A stretch of DNA of 64,000 bases from Octopus vulgaris (GCA_951406725.2 OX597823.1:64418001-64482000); one strand, 5' to 3'. Positions 40,201-55,614 are shown, counted from the stretch's first letter. Numbers and translations: made by a program. The notes: generated by a model not told the origin, from the letters alone.

Positions 40201-40919
40201 ATATTTTATGAACATATCCAAAAGCAGATTTTGCATAAAGTAAGTGGAGCAGAAAGTTTTTCTTATAATTGAAACTCTGTCAGTTTCTAGAACTTAGAAT
40301 GAAAAAAAAAGGAAAGATTAAAAAAATGGGATATGGGAAATAAGAGAAAACGATTTGTAATCAAACTGGTTGAAGCAATCATTTTTTTTTTCCTTATTTT
40401 AGAATATCATAGAAAATAGCGCAAACTACAAGATATGGATCTTAAAGGCCAAGAAAGAGGATTAAAAGAAAATCTAAGCAAATGTTTTCTGGCAGATATC
40501 TGAAATGTGTTGGATGATATCATACCTCTAAAAAGAATTATAATCCAAATATAAAAATAAACAGTGAAGGCACGTGGATTAGTGGTTAGGGCATCAGCAT
40601 CATGATCGTAACATTGTAGTTTCGATTCCTGGACCGGGCGACGCATTGTGTTCTTGAGCAAAACACTTCATTTCACATTACTCCAGTCCACTTAGCTGGC
40701 AAAAATGAGTAACACTGTGATGGACTGGCGTCCTGTCCAGCTGGGGAACACATGCACCATAGAAACTGGGAAAACAGGCCCATGAGCCTGGCTAGGCTTT
40801 ATAAAGGGCGCATCTATTTTATTTTTTATTATAAAAAGAAACAATTATTAGCATGTATAAAAGAATGTGAGTGGCATAATTATTGGTTAATAATAATAAT
40901 AATAATGATAATAATAATG

Positions 40920-40982
<63 letters not shown>

Positions 40983-41802
40983 CTCTGATGCAGTACCAGG
41001 CAGTGGCTCTCATGGCTTCTGATCTTAACTGATTGGAAGTGTTATCATGTACATTGTTTTGTCTTGGTATAAAAGAAGGGCTACAGCAAATATTCTGCTC
41101 AATACCACAGATTTGCTTGTCAGTTGTTTGACCTTAACCAGTTGAGCATGTCCCTTAGTGGCTGACGATATGTGCATCTCTGATCACGAGCAGAAGTAGT
41201 GGGGGAGCATCATAGCCATGTGTTGAGAGGGATTCTTTGGGGTTTGAATAATTCACCTCTGGAAACATGGGTGGTTCTTTCAACATCCTTAAACAACCCT
41301 TATTCAGGGACCTTTTGAGCGGGATGGGCTACTCAACCTGAAGAAAATTCTAACTGGGCCCCACCTGCAAGGTCATGTGCTGTTTATCTTGATATGAGAT
41401 CACCATGTCGCGCACATATGGTTGTGATGCATGTGCCTGGTGTACCTTTATCAGACGGGTAGTCATGATGGGTATATTGGGCTTCGTATATTTTACCCCA
41501 GTGTCACTTTGATGGCATGCACTGCTCTCTCACAAAATAATAATAATAATAATAATGATGATAATAATAGCAAATTACCAGAACCTAGCCATTGAATTAC
41601 AGAGACTATGAAAAGTGCTGGTAAAATGTATCTCACTAGTTATAGGTGCTTGAAGAGCTAAAGACTTGAAATAGGCATAAAACAGTGTTATTAGGGACAG
41701 CTAAGATATTTAGGAGGGTTCTTGGCATCTAAAGTTATTTGTTGTAGCTCAATGTTAGGAATTTTTCTTTTCCAACAGTCTAATCTGTTGTGTGTATATG
41801 AA

Positions 41803-41858
<56 letters not shown>

Positions 41859-42247
41859 TAATAATAACAATGGATTCTCCCATCGAAGACAATGTATGAC
41901 TGTTCAGCTTTTGCTGAACAACCTGTACAAGTGATTTGTTTATAGTGATCAAATGTCTGTGCCGCACATTAAATCGCTCTCTCCATCAAATCGATGTTGT
42001 CTGAACAGGTGCACTGTGTACTACACGTGAGGTATTGAAGTGATTGCAGAGCAATATGAAATGAAGTGTTTTGCTCAAGAGCACAATGCAGACCCCAGCC
42101 TTGGAATTGAAACCATGGTCTCACAGTCAAACATCCTAACCACTAGGCCATGTGTTCTCATAATGATGATGATGATAATTGTTGTAAAGTGGTCTTTTGC
42201 CACTGTTGTATCTATCTTTTGATGGTGGTTGTTGTTTTGACAGATAT

Positions 42248-45200
42248 TGTTATATTCTGAAGTCTTCGATAAAATGTTTCTATCTGGTCATACAGAGTTA
42301 TTAACCTAATCAGTATCACAGTATAATTACTGTATCAGCACGGACACAACTATCAACACAGTCTACACATACTCTCAACCTTCTGAACTTTCCCCTGTCG
42401 ACCGGCTACTGGTCTGTTTATAATGGCTGGTTACTACCACCTTTTACCAGGAGGGGTGTAGTTTCCCTATACAACATCTCTCCTTTTAATTTTTTTTATT
42501 AACAACCAATTTCTTTTATTCACCCCACTTCCTGTGTTTTTTATATATACTCAATACCTTTTCTTCTTAGGGTCTACTTTTAGGAATTCAGTGTTCTTCC
42601 TTTTCCTTGTACGTGTGGTTTTGACTTCTTGTAATGGTGTTGGAACCTGAAAACTGTCATACAACCAATCCATCGGTATTTCAACTCTTGTTGGTTCCTT
42701 TTTTATGACTCTTTCTTAAGCGGTTTTCTATGTCTCCTTCTGCTTCTTACACCATACATCATTCTTCCTATGTATGTTACAATTTCTCCTTCTTCCCAGG
42801 ATTGCTGGTCATTTTTGTACATTCTTACATATACCTTATCACTGATTCTAAAGAATTTTGGCATGTCTTTACAAGCACGTATTGTTTTCTTCACTGGTAA
42901 CAGTCTGTCGAATACTGACTGGACCATTCTAATAAACATTAATTCTGCTGGTGAACTTCCTTTTGGTGCATTTGGGTTTGGAGTTACTCTGCATACCCTT
43001 AAAAATTGTTGGACCATGACCTCATCCATGGCTTCCTTATTAGCTTTCTTTAATGCTCTCTTAGAAGTGTTCACAAACCATTCAGCCCTTCCATTCAATC
43101 TAGGGTGATACAGTGCTATAATTTTATGTTCTAATGTGAACATCTCGCAGAATCTTTTAAACTTACAGGATACAAACTGTGTTCCATTATCAGAGACAAT
43201 TATATCCGGTACACCAAATCTTGTGAACAGCTCATGTAAGAAGTTTATTACCATATATGAGGTTGGTCATTTGCACCTTGCAACCTCAGGCCATTTTGTG
43301 TAACTGTCTACTACTATTAAGTAATTATATCCAATTACTGGACCTGCAAAATCGATATGTAATCGAGGCCATGGTATTTTCACATTTTGTAGTAGGTAGT
43401 TTCACTGCCAGTGGCACGTCCTCTGCAGTCTTTTACTAAGTTTTCAACTTCCTTGTCCATGTTTGGCCGGTATATGAAATTTTACATCAGCACTTTCATT
43501 CTAGAGATACCTGCGTGTCCTACATGACTCTTTTAGCATTCTCTTCTGTAATGTCTGTGGTGTGACCGCCCTCTGAGCATACATTAGTACACCATCACAT
43601 ATAGAGTACATGGTATCATCCTGGTGGTTCTTTGCATCAGACCTTTCTTTACTTCCTTTTGTCGACCACAGTTTTCTTTTTGTCTCATTAATAAATTTAT
43701 CATTTCTCGCATTTCTGTTTATTTCTTCCAAAGTTACTGGTAGTTCACATACGATGTTTCACATCACTTTTTTTTGTTTCAGTTCATCAACCTTGCTTGA
43801 CCATCTGACTGCTCCGTTTATGCTATTGCACAAAGTGCTTATGGGTGTATCCTATAAATTAAATTTCACCAAAAATTTGGTGCCAAATAAATTAATGAAT
43901 TTTTTCAACACATAAACATTCACTATTTTGGTTTGATCTTTGAACATTATGTCACAAACGCATTTGCCTGTGAAATATAATTTTCTACATGTAACACTGT
44001 ATGCTTTATTTGTTTGAACTACATAATTTTGGATTACTCATTTGTTCCTACGTTTTCTCCTTTATGACATAAAAAACACCATCCGAGCGTGGCCGTTCGC
44101 CAGCCTCGTCTGGCACCTGTGTCAGTGGCACATAAAAAGCACCCACTACACTCACGGAGTGGTTGGCATTAGGAAGGGCATCCAGCTGTAGAAACACTGC
44201 CAGATCTGACTGGCCTGGTGCAGCCTTCGGGCTTCCCAGACCCCAGTTGAACCGTCCAACCCATGCTAGCATGGAAAGCGGACGTTAAACGATGATGATG
44301 ATGATGATGATGATTGTGATATCACTTCCTGTGTCTAATTGCATTCTGACACTAGTGTTTTCAATTCTCACATTTAAGAATTTTCTGTTTGTTGTAGTCA
44401 CAACTTTTCCTGCTGACAAACAATTTATTTTTTCTTGTTTGTTCCATTTTCCTATCATTCTAGTTTTGCAGTGTAATTTTATATGTCCTGTAAACCTGCA
44501 GTGAAAAGACTGCTTCTTTATATGGACAATCTTTTTTCAGGTACATCTCATCACATGCCATACATGGATCTACATTCCAATATTTTTTTCTGTTTTCCTG
44601 CAACACTTTATTTGTCTTATGGGGTAGCACTCTTTCTGGTGAATTTCTTCCAAGTCATACCTGAATTTTAATATTCTGTCATTCTTTTCTGACAGTTTCT
44701 GCAGTGACAAATCCTAGTTCATTTTCAGTTTTGATAGAATATCCATTCGGATTTCTGCATCCTTTCTATTTGTTAAACCTTGTACAAACACTTGAAAGAA
44801 TCCGGAGTAAGCCTAAATTACCCATTTGTTCCCCTAAATTTCTCACATTCTTTGTTGACTCTGCCTGTGTAAGTAGTGAAGTCTGCATCTTTACTCTTTT
44901 ATATGTTTAAACATTTCCATCTAGTATTAAACTTGAGCTCTTTTCACTAAACACTTTGCACAAAATGTCAACTGTGTCAAATGAAAATTTATGTTGGGTG
45001 CTTTTTTTTGGCAATATGGAATTACTATACTTCTCAAGCTCTGCTGTCTTTTCATCCATCCAATCCTGGCATTCTTTTCCAAACATTTGTTGAAATCTTT
45101 GAAAGGAAGCCTCAAAAGTTACTCCTTCTTTGGAGTCATATTTGAATTCGCTTATGGAATTTGGTACATGTTCAGGTAAAAACGTATTCTCCACATTGGT

Positions 45201-45260
45201 TACCAACTTCATTAGTTGTAATATTTGCCACTGCAATCCTTGTTGTTGTTCTAATTGTTC
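42248..45260 (-). mobile_element. Decayed Ty3/Gypsy LTR retrotransposon with an inserted SINE
   Basis: Integrase core FGVPDIIVSDNGTQF...YHPRLNGRAE (42703-43254) and gag-like remnant (44907-45236). Polypurine tract aaaaggagaga followed by TGTTG marks the 3' LTR start at 42476. Confidence 0.85.
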
Positions 45261-46829
45261 TTTGAGTTGTGAGGCATTTTTTTCCTTTACGGAAAAAGAA
45301 AAGCATCAAGTGCCGAAAATGAACTTTCTTATCTTCCATTTTAAAGGGTTACAAAATTAACAGAAGATATAGGAACATAAACCTTTTTCCACGAAAAGAT
45401 AGCTTAAACTGTGCTCTAAATGGCGGTGTAGTCAAATTCTATTTTATGGACTTAACCATGTTCTAAAATAAGTTGAAAGGTAGGCTACTATAAATTGGCA
45501 CGAACTTTCCGGACAACCCAATAGATTTATAATTATAATGTTGATGATAGGGAGGATGATGATACTGATGGTGAATTTTAAGATGACAATTCATTCCACT
45601 AAATATAATATCTTCAAATATATTTTCTTCAATAACCTCTATAGAATTTTCTTGAAGTTAAAAACTCAAGTGGAACTTCTATGTATCTTAATATTTATTT
45701 TAGATAATATATTTAAATGGAACTGCATTATGAAAATAAGGTGTTTTATAAGCATGAATTTTTAGTGCTGTTTAAAAAGATTTTAAATATCACAGATATA
45801 TGGTTTTGTAATTTTCTTTTGGTGTAAAAGAAATTTGCTGAAATCAATTTGAAGGACAGGATTTGAATGAAATAACTTTAATATAGAAGCTTGCCTTACT
45901 GGGAATTAAATAACTAAAAGAAATGCAGAATCATTGATAAAAATACATTTAATACATTTAATATTTTACATATAATGTGAAAGAACTTGCTCTATTCAGT
46001 TTTAACAACATTTCAAGGGAGCATCTTGAATCTAGCAGCTTTTCTCTCTGGGAGTTTAATAATCAAAAGGAGTGCAGATAGCATTAATGGGATAACATTT
46101 AATATTTTGCTCATAAAAAGAAATTGTTCAATTGAAATTTCTATAACAAAACTTCAATGATTTGTCGAGAATGTGGCAGATTTACTCATTGAGAATGAAA
46201 TAATCAAAAGACTCACTGAAAGAATAGATATTCTTGCAAAATCGTATATAATGTAGAAGAAATTTATCCAATTCAGTTTTAATGACAAAAATTTCAATGA
46301 AACATGTTGGAATATTATAGCCTTTTGGTTTATTAGATATGGAAACATCAAAAGAAATGCTGACATGGAAATAAAATACATGGTACAGCATTTTATATTT
46401 CACTTATAATTTAAAAGAAATAACTTGTTTCACTTTTAGTGACAATACATAAGTAACTCAGGTTGATTTGGGAGTAAAACCATCTCAAGTTGAAACTTAT
46501 GAGATAACAAATTATAGATGTTTACTTAAAACAAAATTCAGTTTCATTGAGTCCATTTCAGTGAAATTTACCGAATATCAGAGTTTTATCTACAGGTAAT
46601 ATGAAAAATGACAAAAAGAAGGAAAACCCAGGCTTATGCAGAAAAATTATGTATGTCAGCAGACAAGATGTATTTTAGTTTGTTGTAAGATGCATCTTTC
46701 AGTTGCTTCAAGATATATTTCATGGATACTCTGAGCTGTATCATCAGTGATGGTTCTGGAGTCTTGGGGTTTGGGATTATTCAACATTACACTCTCTCAC
46801 CAAGTTGACTCTGTAGCAGCAAACCCTTG

Positions 46830-47035
46830 GTCTGCCCTTTTTATTTAAAGCCACTTGTGGCCTTTGCTGCAGCTTCAGTAATGGAATTTAAGGCTTTCCT
46901 CTTTGCTGCACCAGCACCTCAATCTCAGACAGAACTTCTCCAGGAATAATGCCTTACAAACTCCTAGCATCCCACTTCAATTGCCTTGCTACATGCCTGC
47001 CAGATCTGATGTCTACATTGCCCTACCTCTACCTA
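46830..47035 (-). mobile_element. Hero/NeSL-like non-LTR C-terminal remnant
   Basis: Minus strand IEVGC ... GAAKRKALNSITEAAAKATS resembles the EVGCRG...RKA...EAAEKAS.W tail of this clade. Confidence 0.5.
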
Positions 47036-47613
47036 GAATAAAAACAACAACAATAAAAAATACAAAACAAACACAAAACAGCTGTATGTTGAAGAATTAT
47101 GTATGTGGGTTAACATAATGTATTTTAGTTATAATATAGCTAAAATTTCCAAATTCAGTTTTGGTTGGAAAATTTTAATATAGCTTTAAATAAAATAAAT
47201 TAGAAAACTGGAGCCAAAATATCTGTACACTAATCTCAAATCTCAGTCATAATCTGCAGTAATCATCTTTTTCATTTTTCTATAGTTATGTATTCCATTT
47301 GTAATAAGGAAATAGTAGAAGAGCAGGAGATATACTTTAGTACCTTTTTGTTTTGAATCCAGTTCTTGCCATCAAACGACCTTGTTTCCTATCACTTTAG
47401 GTTCAATGAAATAAATGCAGCCATCCCCCATATTACTGAAGAGCTACATTCATAAAATTTTTACCATTACTTGGAGTTCCATACTGTAAAACATATTTTC
47501 TCTTTGACTTATATACTCTCTCTTTTACTGAGCTGCTAAGTTACGTGGACGTAAACAAACCAGCATCGGTTGTCAAGTGATGTTGAGGGACAAACACAGA
47601 CACACAAACATAT

Positions 47614-47676
<63 letters not shown>

Positions 47677-48834
47677 TATGTTGGGCTTCTTTCAGTTTCC
47701 ATCTACCAAATCCACTCACAAGTTTTTGGTTGGCCCAAGGCTATAGGAGAAGACACTTGCCCGAGGTGCCACACAGTGGGACTGAACCCGGAACCATGTG
47801 GTTGGTAAGCAAGATACTTACCACGCAGCCACTCTTGCGCCTATATGCTCATTTAATGTGGACATCAATGAAGAAAATATGCTGTACATTCTAGAGCCCA
47901 GCATTACAGCAAGATTTTCAAGAGTGTAACACTTAGCAGAAGAACAATACTTTATACAACCGAAGAGATGCTTGTAGTTGATTATATCAGTTTCCTAGTA
48001 TGTGATTGGTACTTATTTTACTGTCTGCTCCTACCTCACAAACGACAAAAGTCATTATTAATTGAAGAGAGATTTGAACTCGGAATGTAAATGGCCACAG
48101 CTTCATTCCACAAGCTATTTGTCTTATGCTCTAATGTTTCTGCCAATCCACCACTCTAAATACCAATGTCAGAAATATCTGCAATATATAAAACAGTATT
48201 GATTTTTAAAAGATGCTCAGAACGAAGATAAAAGGCTCCTGTATAATTTACTATAAGTTTAGGTGTTCATACATATCTTATTTCAGTTGCTGTCATGTTC
48301 ATAGCTATGGAACTTAACCTTTGATGGTATGTACTACATAGCTTTAAAGGTGTATGACAGTTTAGTATAGGTCTGCTTCTGTGAGAAGTAATAATCACAT
48401 ATTTGTAATTGATTTATACCACTAGGTAGTCAACTAAGCATCTAGGTTTGATTCCCAGATCTACTGTTTCAAATATCAAGTACTTCCATTTAGACAAGGA
48501 CCATGCAGCACACTTCAACATCATCATCATCATCACCATCGTTTAGCATCCGCTTTCCATGCTAGCATGGGTTTGATGGTTCAACTGGGGTCTGGGAAGC
48601 CAGGAGGCTGCACTAGGCTCCATTCTGATCTGGCAGTGTTTCTACAGCTGGATGCCCTTCCTAATGCCAACCACTCCATGAGTGTAGTGGGTGCTTTTTA
48701 TGTGCCACCGGCACAGGGGTCAGAGGAGGCTGACAAACGGCCATGATCGGTTGGTGCTTGAGCATGTTTTATTCTTTCTACTGTGAAATCTACTTTTGTA
48801 TTTATGTAGGTAACATGTAACTGGTACCTAAATG

Positions 48835-49320
48835 TTATCAGTTGAGTGCCACAAGGATCCATCCCTTCACTCATTCCTTTCAACCTGTATTTACACAATC
48901 TTCTCAAGCTACCACAAAACCAAAGTACTATCTTACACAGACCTGATATCACAATCACATTCTTATCCTTGTACTATTCTCCAGACAGTATTGCACAACT
49001 ACTTCAAATATATTTAAATCACTAAGAAACCTGATTTTGCAACAAAAGAAACTTGAAGCTGCACCTACTAAATATTACCATCAACACCAGAGAATATCGA
49101 ATTTTACCAACAATCACACTCAACAGCTCACAAAAACTCTTACACACACTTACAGAAGTAAAACAAAAGATATTAGGCATTACATACAACACCTCATCAA
49201 TATTTACTGAATACATAGAAGACAGAGTAAAGAAACCAAAACTATACACAAACATACTCAGAACAATCACAGATATTATGTTTGGCCAACAGAAAGAAAC
49301 AATAACACTGCTGTACAAAC
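48835..49320 (+). mobile_element. LINE reverse-transcriptase fragment
   Basis: VPQGSI...FNLY, a degenerate YxDD and KILGITY motifs across broken frames. Confidence 0.6.
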
Positions 49321-49463
49321 TATATATATATTAAATTTATCATGGACAATATCATTTCTATCTGAGACCCTAATCTCTTTGTAACAAACCATAATAAATT
49401 ACTTCGGTTTTTTTTTCATTTGGTTTGTAAGATTCTTTATGTGAAGTCATGTGTTGAAACAAG

Positions 49464-49669
49464 TTTTGTTGTGTCTTAAGAGAGTCATTATGCCGATATA
49501 ATTAATACACACTGGTTCAGTTCCACTCCTTTTCTTTATTATTAGTCAATTGGTTAAATATCCAACTAATTAATTTGTTTTGACTAATTATAAAGAAAAG
49601 GAATGGAACTGAACCAGTGTGTGTGTGTTAATTATATTGGCATAATCAATCTCCCTAGACACAGCAAAA
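49464..49669. repeat. Imperfect inverted repeat, ~85-bp arms
   Basis: cacactggttcagttcca..ttttctttat..ttagtcaa / ttgactaa..ataaagaaaa..tggaactgaaccagtgtg. Confidence 0.8.
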
Positions 49670-50928
49670 GATAATAAATTAAAAATTAAAAAAACAAAAC
49701 AAATAGTGCACTATGCACCATTCCTAGTTGTACACAGACCACCTATACTAAGAAACAAGTATACTAAAACTCAAAAACTATGTGGCTGTGCAAGGGTGAC
49801 TGTTTGTTCTGTTACAAACTTCAATTCTCACAGTCCCTGCTATTACATTAAAAAAATCCCCCACTGCCCCAAGTACCCAAGTACATACAAGACAGCCTGG
49901 AGCTCAACAATAAGAACATCTTAAAAATCATTAACCCTTTAGCATTCAGATTACTCTGTCAAATATAATGTTTATTCATTCACATTGCTTTGAATTAATC
50001 ATACATTACCTTGTAGCTTTGAGATTTTGATGATGTGACTGTTTATCTTCAGAATGACATTGTAGGGAAGGTGTGAAAGGCTGGATCTAGTTGGTTTGCT
50101 TGTAAAACAGGTAGAATATCTTGGGCAGGAAATGGTCACTTTAAATGATGAAAGGTTAAGCCCCAGCTGTTACTTATTTCTTTATTGCCCACAAGGGGCT
50201 AAACATAGAGGGGACAAACAAAGGGATTAAGTCGATTAGATTAACCCCAGTGCGTAACTGGTACTTAATTTATCGACCCCGATTACCTTGTAGCTTTGAG
50301 ATTTTGATGATGTGACTGTTTATCTCTAGAATGAGAGTGTAGGGTAGGCGTGAGAGGCCAAATCTGGCCAGTTTAAACATAGGACAGATATAAAATATTT
50401 TGGCCAAATACAGCTGGTCTCTATAGCAAAATGGTAAACCTTGTGGCCGTGCAAAGGTGACTCTTTACTCTGTGGCAAACTTCCATTCTCACAGCCCCTG
50501 CTGTTGCCTGAAAATTCCACCCCCTACTGTCTGAAGTATCCAAACATATACACAACGGCCTGAAGCACAGCAACTAGAACATCTTAAAACCACTAACTCT
50601 CTCACTCAGACTGCACAAGCATAAGAACAAGCCTATATATGTAGAGAAATAACTACAACAGCAGCAATATCACTAGCACCATACACTGTGCTAAGATGTA
50701 CACCAACAACAACAACAACATCAAAACCAGAGAAACTGAAATTGTTGTGGTCTAAGCTAAACTCAGTCACCTCTGCTGTGGTAATCACTGGAATCTGTGG
50801 CTGTGGAGAAACAAGGTGGGTAGCGGAGAGATTGCAACGCATCCAGACAACCATACTGTACTCTTTTCACTTTCCCATTGTGGTGCTGAAATACAGACCG
50901 ACAGAGAGACAGACAGATACACATCTAC

Positions 50929-50970
<42 letters not shown>

Positions 50971-52709
50971 ATTCGAGTGAGGTTGTTGCCAGTGCTGCCT
51001 GACTGGCTCCCGTGCTGGTGGCACATAAAAAGCACCATTTGAGCGTGGCCATTGCCAGTGCCAACTAACTGGCCCTCGTGCTGGTGGCACGTAAAAACAC
51101 CCACTACATACTCAGAGTGGTTAGCATTAGGAAGGGCATCCAGCTGTAGAAACACTGCCAGATCAGATTGGTGTCTGGTGCAGCCATCTGGTTTGCCAGC
51201 CCTCAGTCAAATCGTCCAACCCATGCTAGCATGGAAAGCGGATGTTAAACGATGATGATGATGATATATATTCCAAGAAAGTTAGAGGTTGTGAATCCAA
51301 CCAACTAAGGAATAATATCTATCCAATATACTGCTGGTAGAATACCCAATTAATCATACACGAGTGTTTTTTTTTATTGCATTTGACATAATATAATGTC
51401 TAAAAGTTGATGAACCACCTATTTCCATCAGCTGACTGAGAACCATGCTCTCTTCTTTGAGATACATCATTATCTCTTTCCACTTGGAATCTTTTATCTT
51501 CAAACTGACATGTCAGATATGTTTAATGCTTTTGATACCAAACTGTCCAAAACCATCCTTGCTTCTATGATGCAAATTACCCATTTTAACCATTTAGCAT
51601 TTAAGATGGCCATGTCTGGCCCAAATATTCTACCCATTTTATGTTCAAACCAGGTAGATCTGGTTTCTCACACCTACCCAACAATATCAGTCTAGTTATA
51701 TACTATCATACCTTCAAAATCTCAAAGCTGTGAGGTAATGCATAATTAATTCAAAGTAATGTGAATAAATTAGCATGACATTTGACAGAAAAATTTGAAT
51801 ACTGATCTAAGTTAAAAACTTTCCACCAAAATTTCATGTTAATCTATGTTCCAAACACCACCTTAAAACTGGCAAAATTTATTCGAATAAATGTTTTATT
51901 TTCAAAATTAATTAAAACAAAGGCATTCTGATTTCAAGAGAGATTTGGCAATGAAGGAATTAATCAAAGTCCTATTGATCTTCATCAGAATCTAAATGTT
52001 GTAGTATTTCATTGGTAGTAAACAATTTGCACCTCTGTCTTTTTATTTGGAAGTGGTTGGGTGAGGTAAGTCTCCTGGTTAGTCAAAAGACTGGGTGGGG
52101 TTGGGGGGGGGAAATATTGAAAACAAGACATAGAACAGAGCGAACTGTTAGAAAATGTTTATGAACTGCTTCATTCTGCACTGGTGACATTTCTTTATTC
52201 GTATTGGCCAATCCAGTTTTTGGTTTGACCAGATTTTCACATAGAGCTTGCCTATTCCTGCTATATTTGGAATATGGCTTGAGCATTTAATCTGAACATC
52301 CAGGAATATGACTGGAATGGGTTAAGATTAGATTACTTTATGGAAACTTCCTTGCATCATCATCATCATCATCATTAACTGCTGCTGCACAACCACCACC
52401 ACCACTATCATCATCATCAGCAACAGCAGCTGTGGCAGCAATGTTTTACATTCACTTTTCTGTACTGGTACGGATTGAAGTTTTCCTAAGACAGTGTTTT
52501 TCGGTCAGACGTCTTTTCCATTATCAACTCTGTTAGTTACCTCTTGTGATTCACAACAGGGGTGCAGCAAACCTATTGTAAAAACTGTGATACACATGAT
52601 AAAGTGTCTTTTTTTTAAAAAAAATTTCATCTTTCTATTTTTCTGACCTCAAATACCCATTGAATTAATTGACTTCACAATTTAAAAAAAAAAAAAAGAA
52701 AAAACATTT

Positions 52710-53002
52710 AAGCGAGTTCGTTGCCAGTGCCGCTGGACTGGCTCTTGTGCAGGTGGCACATAAAAAGCACCATTTGAGCGTGGCCATTGCCAGTACCGCC
52801 TGACTGGCCCTCGTGCCAGTGACACATAAAAATACCCTCTACACTCTCAGAGTGGTTGGCGTTAGGAAGGGCATCCAGCTGTAGAAACTCTGCCAGATCA
52901 GATTAGAGTCTGGTGCAACCATCTGTTTCGCTAGCCCTCAGTCAAATCGTCCAACCCATGCTAGCATGGAAAGCGAACGTTAAACGATGATGATGATGAT
53001 GA
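52710..53002 (+). mobile_element. SINE family C with (GAT)n tail (other copies 8978-9108-, 22416-22590-, 38375-38655+, 44065-44315+, 48520-48760-, 50975-51265+)
   Basis: Shared gtggttggcgttaggaagggcatccagctgtagaaac core (V-SINE-domain-like) and catggaaagcggacgttaaac(gat)n tail. Confidence 0.8.
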
Positions 53003-53675
53003 GGCGGAGGAGGAGGAGGAGGAGGATGAATTTCACCAATACAACAGTATATGGATCAACCATCAATGAAACTAGTACCAATCAATTATTGGGTTTGATA
53101 GAATTGATTCTACCTCTCATCCTATAATCATGACCTTACATGAATCCAGCAAATAATTTAGAAAGTGGTAAATATTAAAACAAGTGTTTGTTTCTCTAAA
53201 GAAGTTTACGAACCAAACAATCCTTGGTTGTTCTTTGTGACATAAGTAAAATAGATTGATTTCGTGTTGTTGTTTTTCATTTTCTTCATATAAGTAATGA
53301 AGAAGACAGTAGCATAAAAACCTATTTGAACATTTTCATAATTAATGCAGCTAGGATTTGAATTTTCTTATGTTTCCTAGCTTTAAATAAAATGCAAAAT
53401 ATTTTTACATCAATTCAAATATGTTTTTTTTTTCTTATGCAAGAAAAGACATATGAAGAATTATTTTTTCCAGATTCTTTTCATTTTTAAATAGAAAATT
53501 TTCAAAGTGTGTATGTGTGTGTGTGTGTGTGTGTATGAGTGTGTGTGTGTATGAGTGAATGTGTGTATGCATATACAAGTGTATATATAACTAAATACAT
53601 ACACACAAGTATTTTGAGTATCAGTGTCTACATTCATACACACACACACATACATGCATACATACATACATACAG

Positions 53676-53714
<39 letters not shown>

Positions 53715-55427
53715 CACATACATACATACATATAAATATATACATACATATATGTGTGTGTGTATATATGTGTGTATATATATATATGTATATATGTCTA
53801 TATATATATGTATACATAATCTGCATGCATACATACAGACAGACACACACACACACACACATACACACACACACATACACACACACGTGTCTGTGTATAT
53901 ATGTATACAGACAAATGTATATTTTTTATGAATTTTATACATCAAAAATTTGGTTTTACATTATTTAATTAAAAAAACAAATGCAAAAAGCTATAACATT
54001 TATATAAAATTTTCCAAAGGTGTGAGAGACATATTTTTGATTTTTAGGTGGCATCTATCATCATCATTTACAGTTTTACCACTGAACATTATTACCGTTT
54101 CCCACTGAATCGTTGTATCTTTTTATCTGTTTTTTTTTTTTCTTCTGCATTATTTCTAAATTATATTTCATAAAAAGAAACTTGGAATGTTTCTAAACTT
54201 TCATCTTTTTCAATGAAATATTTGATAAGTTTTAAGACATTTTTTTTTATTTTCCAGTATTTGTTGCGTGATAAGATTTAACAAAAAAAAAAAACAGAAA
54301 AAGAAAACAAAAAACAAAACAAAACAAACAGATGAAAAACATGGTTCAGTTTAGTTCAATTCAATTTGATTGATTGGTACATGTAGTTACTTGCCAAAAC
54401 CTTCTACCCCCTGGTTAGAACAACAGATGTGCTGTTGTTCTAACACCAGTTGTTCTAACTCCTGCCTTTTCTATTGTGTTTAAATAGATTCTGTCTCTCT
54501 CTGTAAGATCTGTATGGCTGAATGATTGATTCAGAGGTTGTCTTTGCTATTACAAGGTCCTAGGTTCAATCCTAGTGTGTAACATTTTCGGTGAGTGTAA
54601 TTTTCTAGAGCCTCAGGTCAGCCCATACTTTGTGAGTGAAAATGGATCGAGAGGAACTGTGTAGAAGCCCAGCAAATGGATTGTACCTGCAAGCCAAAAA
54701 GTAGGGAAACACTGTCCCCTTTCTTACTGTTTTCAATTTTCATCACTACATTCACAAAAATAAAAATTCTGGGGCACAGCCTTGAAGAGGTTTAGTTAAG
54801 TGAATCTTTAAAAACTTGATAATTATTCTATTGGTTTCTTTTTCTGAACTGCTAAGTTATGGGAGACACAAACACACTCACATTGGTTGTCAAAAGATGG
54901 TGGGGGACAAAGACAGACATGCACACACACACATACACACACACATTCACACACACATTCACACACACACATTATGCACAATGAACTTCTTTCAGTTTCC
55001 ATCAACCAAATCCACTCACAAGGCCTTGGTTAGCCTGGGGCTATAGAAGAATGCACTTGTCCAAGGTGTCATGCTGTGGAACTGAATGAATAACCATGTG
55101 GTTTTTTTTTTTTGCACTATGGTTGAAATTGATCCAGCATTATCTGGTAGGTTCAAGATTTCAATGAGGCATCTTTTAATTTCTAGACATTGTAGGCTAA
55201 GTGTAAAAGGTAGGATCTGGTTGGTATGAGCATAAAAGCAGCAAGAATATTTGGGCTGTATTTGATTGGTTTAAATTTCAAAAGGTTAAAAAGGGATCAA
55301 TATATATATCCCCTATTTATTTTCATGTCAATAAAACTGTGTCCCCTATTTGTACATTAATTGGACCTTGTCAGTGTTTCTATATTATTAACCAGGTCGT
55401 TTCACCTCTTCTATTTGTATTTGTCAG

Positions 55428-55508
55428 GCCACAGGACCTGTCATTACGTTGGACACCTATGAAGTCAACTTTGGACGTCATCTTGGACTAAACGAGTCTG
55501 TGGAAAAG
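55428..55508 (+). CDS. CFAP65: CFAP65-like coding exon (27 codons, phase 0-0), start of an Ig-like (ASH/MSP-type) domain
   Basis: Acceptor ctatttgtatttgtcAG, donor AAG/GTaaat. ATGPVITLDTYEVNFGRHLGLNESVEK parallels the recalled PPISVEPVEVDFG. Confidence 0.8.
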
Positions 55509-55614
55509 GTAAATGAGTTTAATATGAAATTAATCTTTATTGATTTATGTCTCTGATACATGCTGATTCAACAATGGTGATGGTGTGGTAGTGGTGGTGG
55601 TTGTGGTGCTGGTA

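Noticed and set aside
46462-46595. Open + strand segment ending in AG/GTaata as an extra CFAP65 exon
   Set aside because: 134 nt would shift the frame between two phase-0 exons. The acceptor is weak and the flanking exons already align contiguously.
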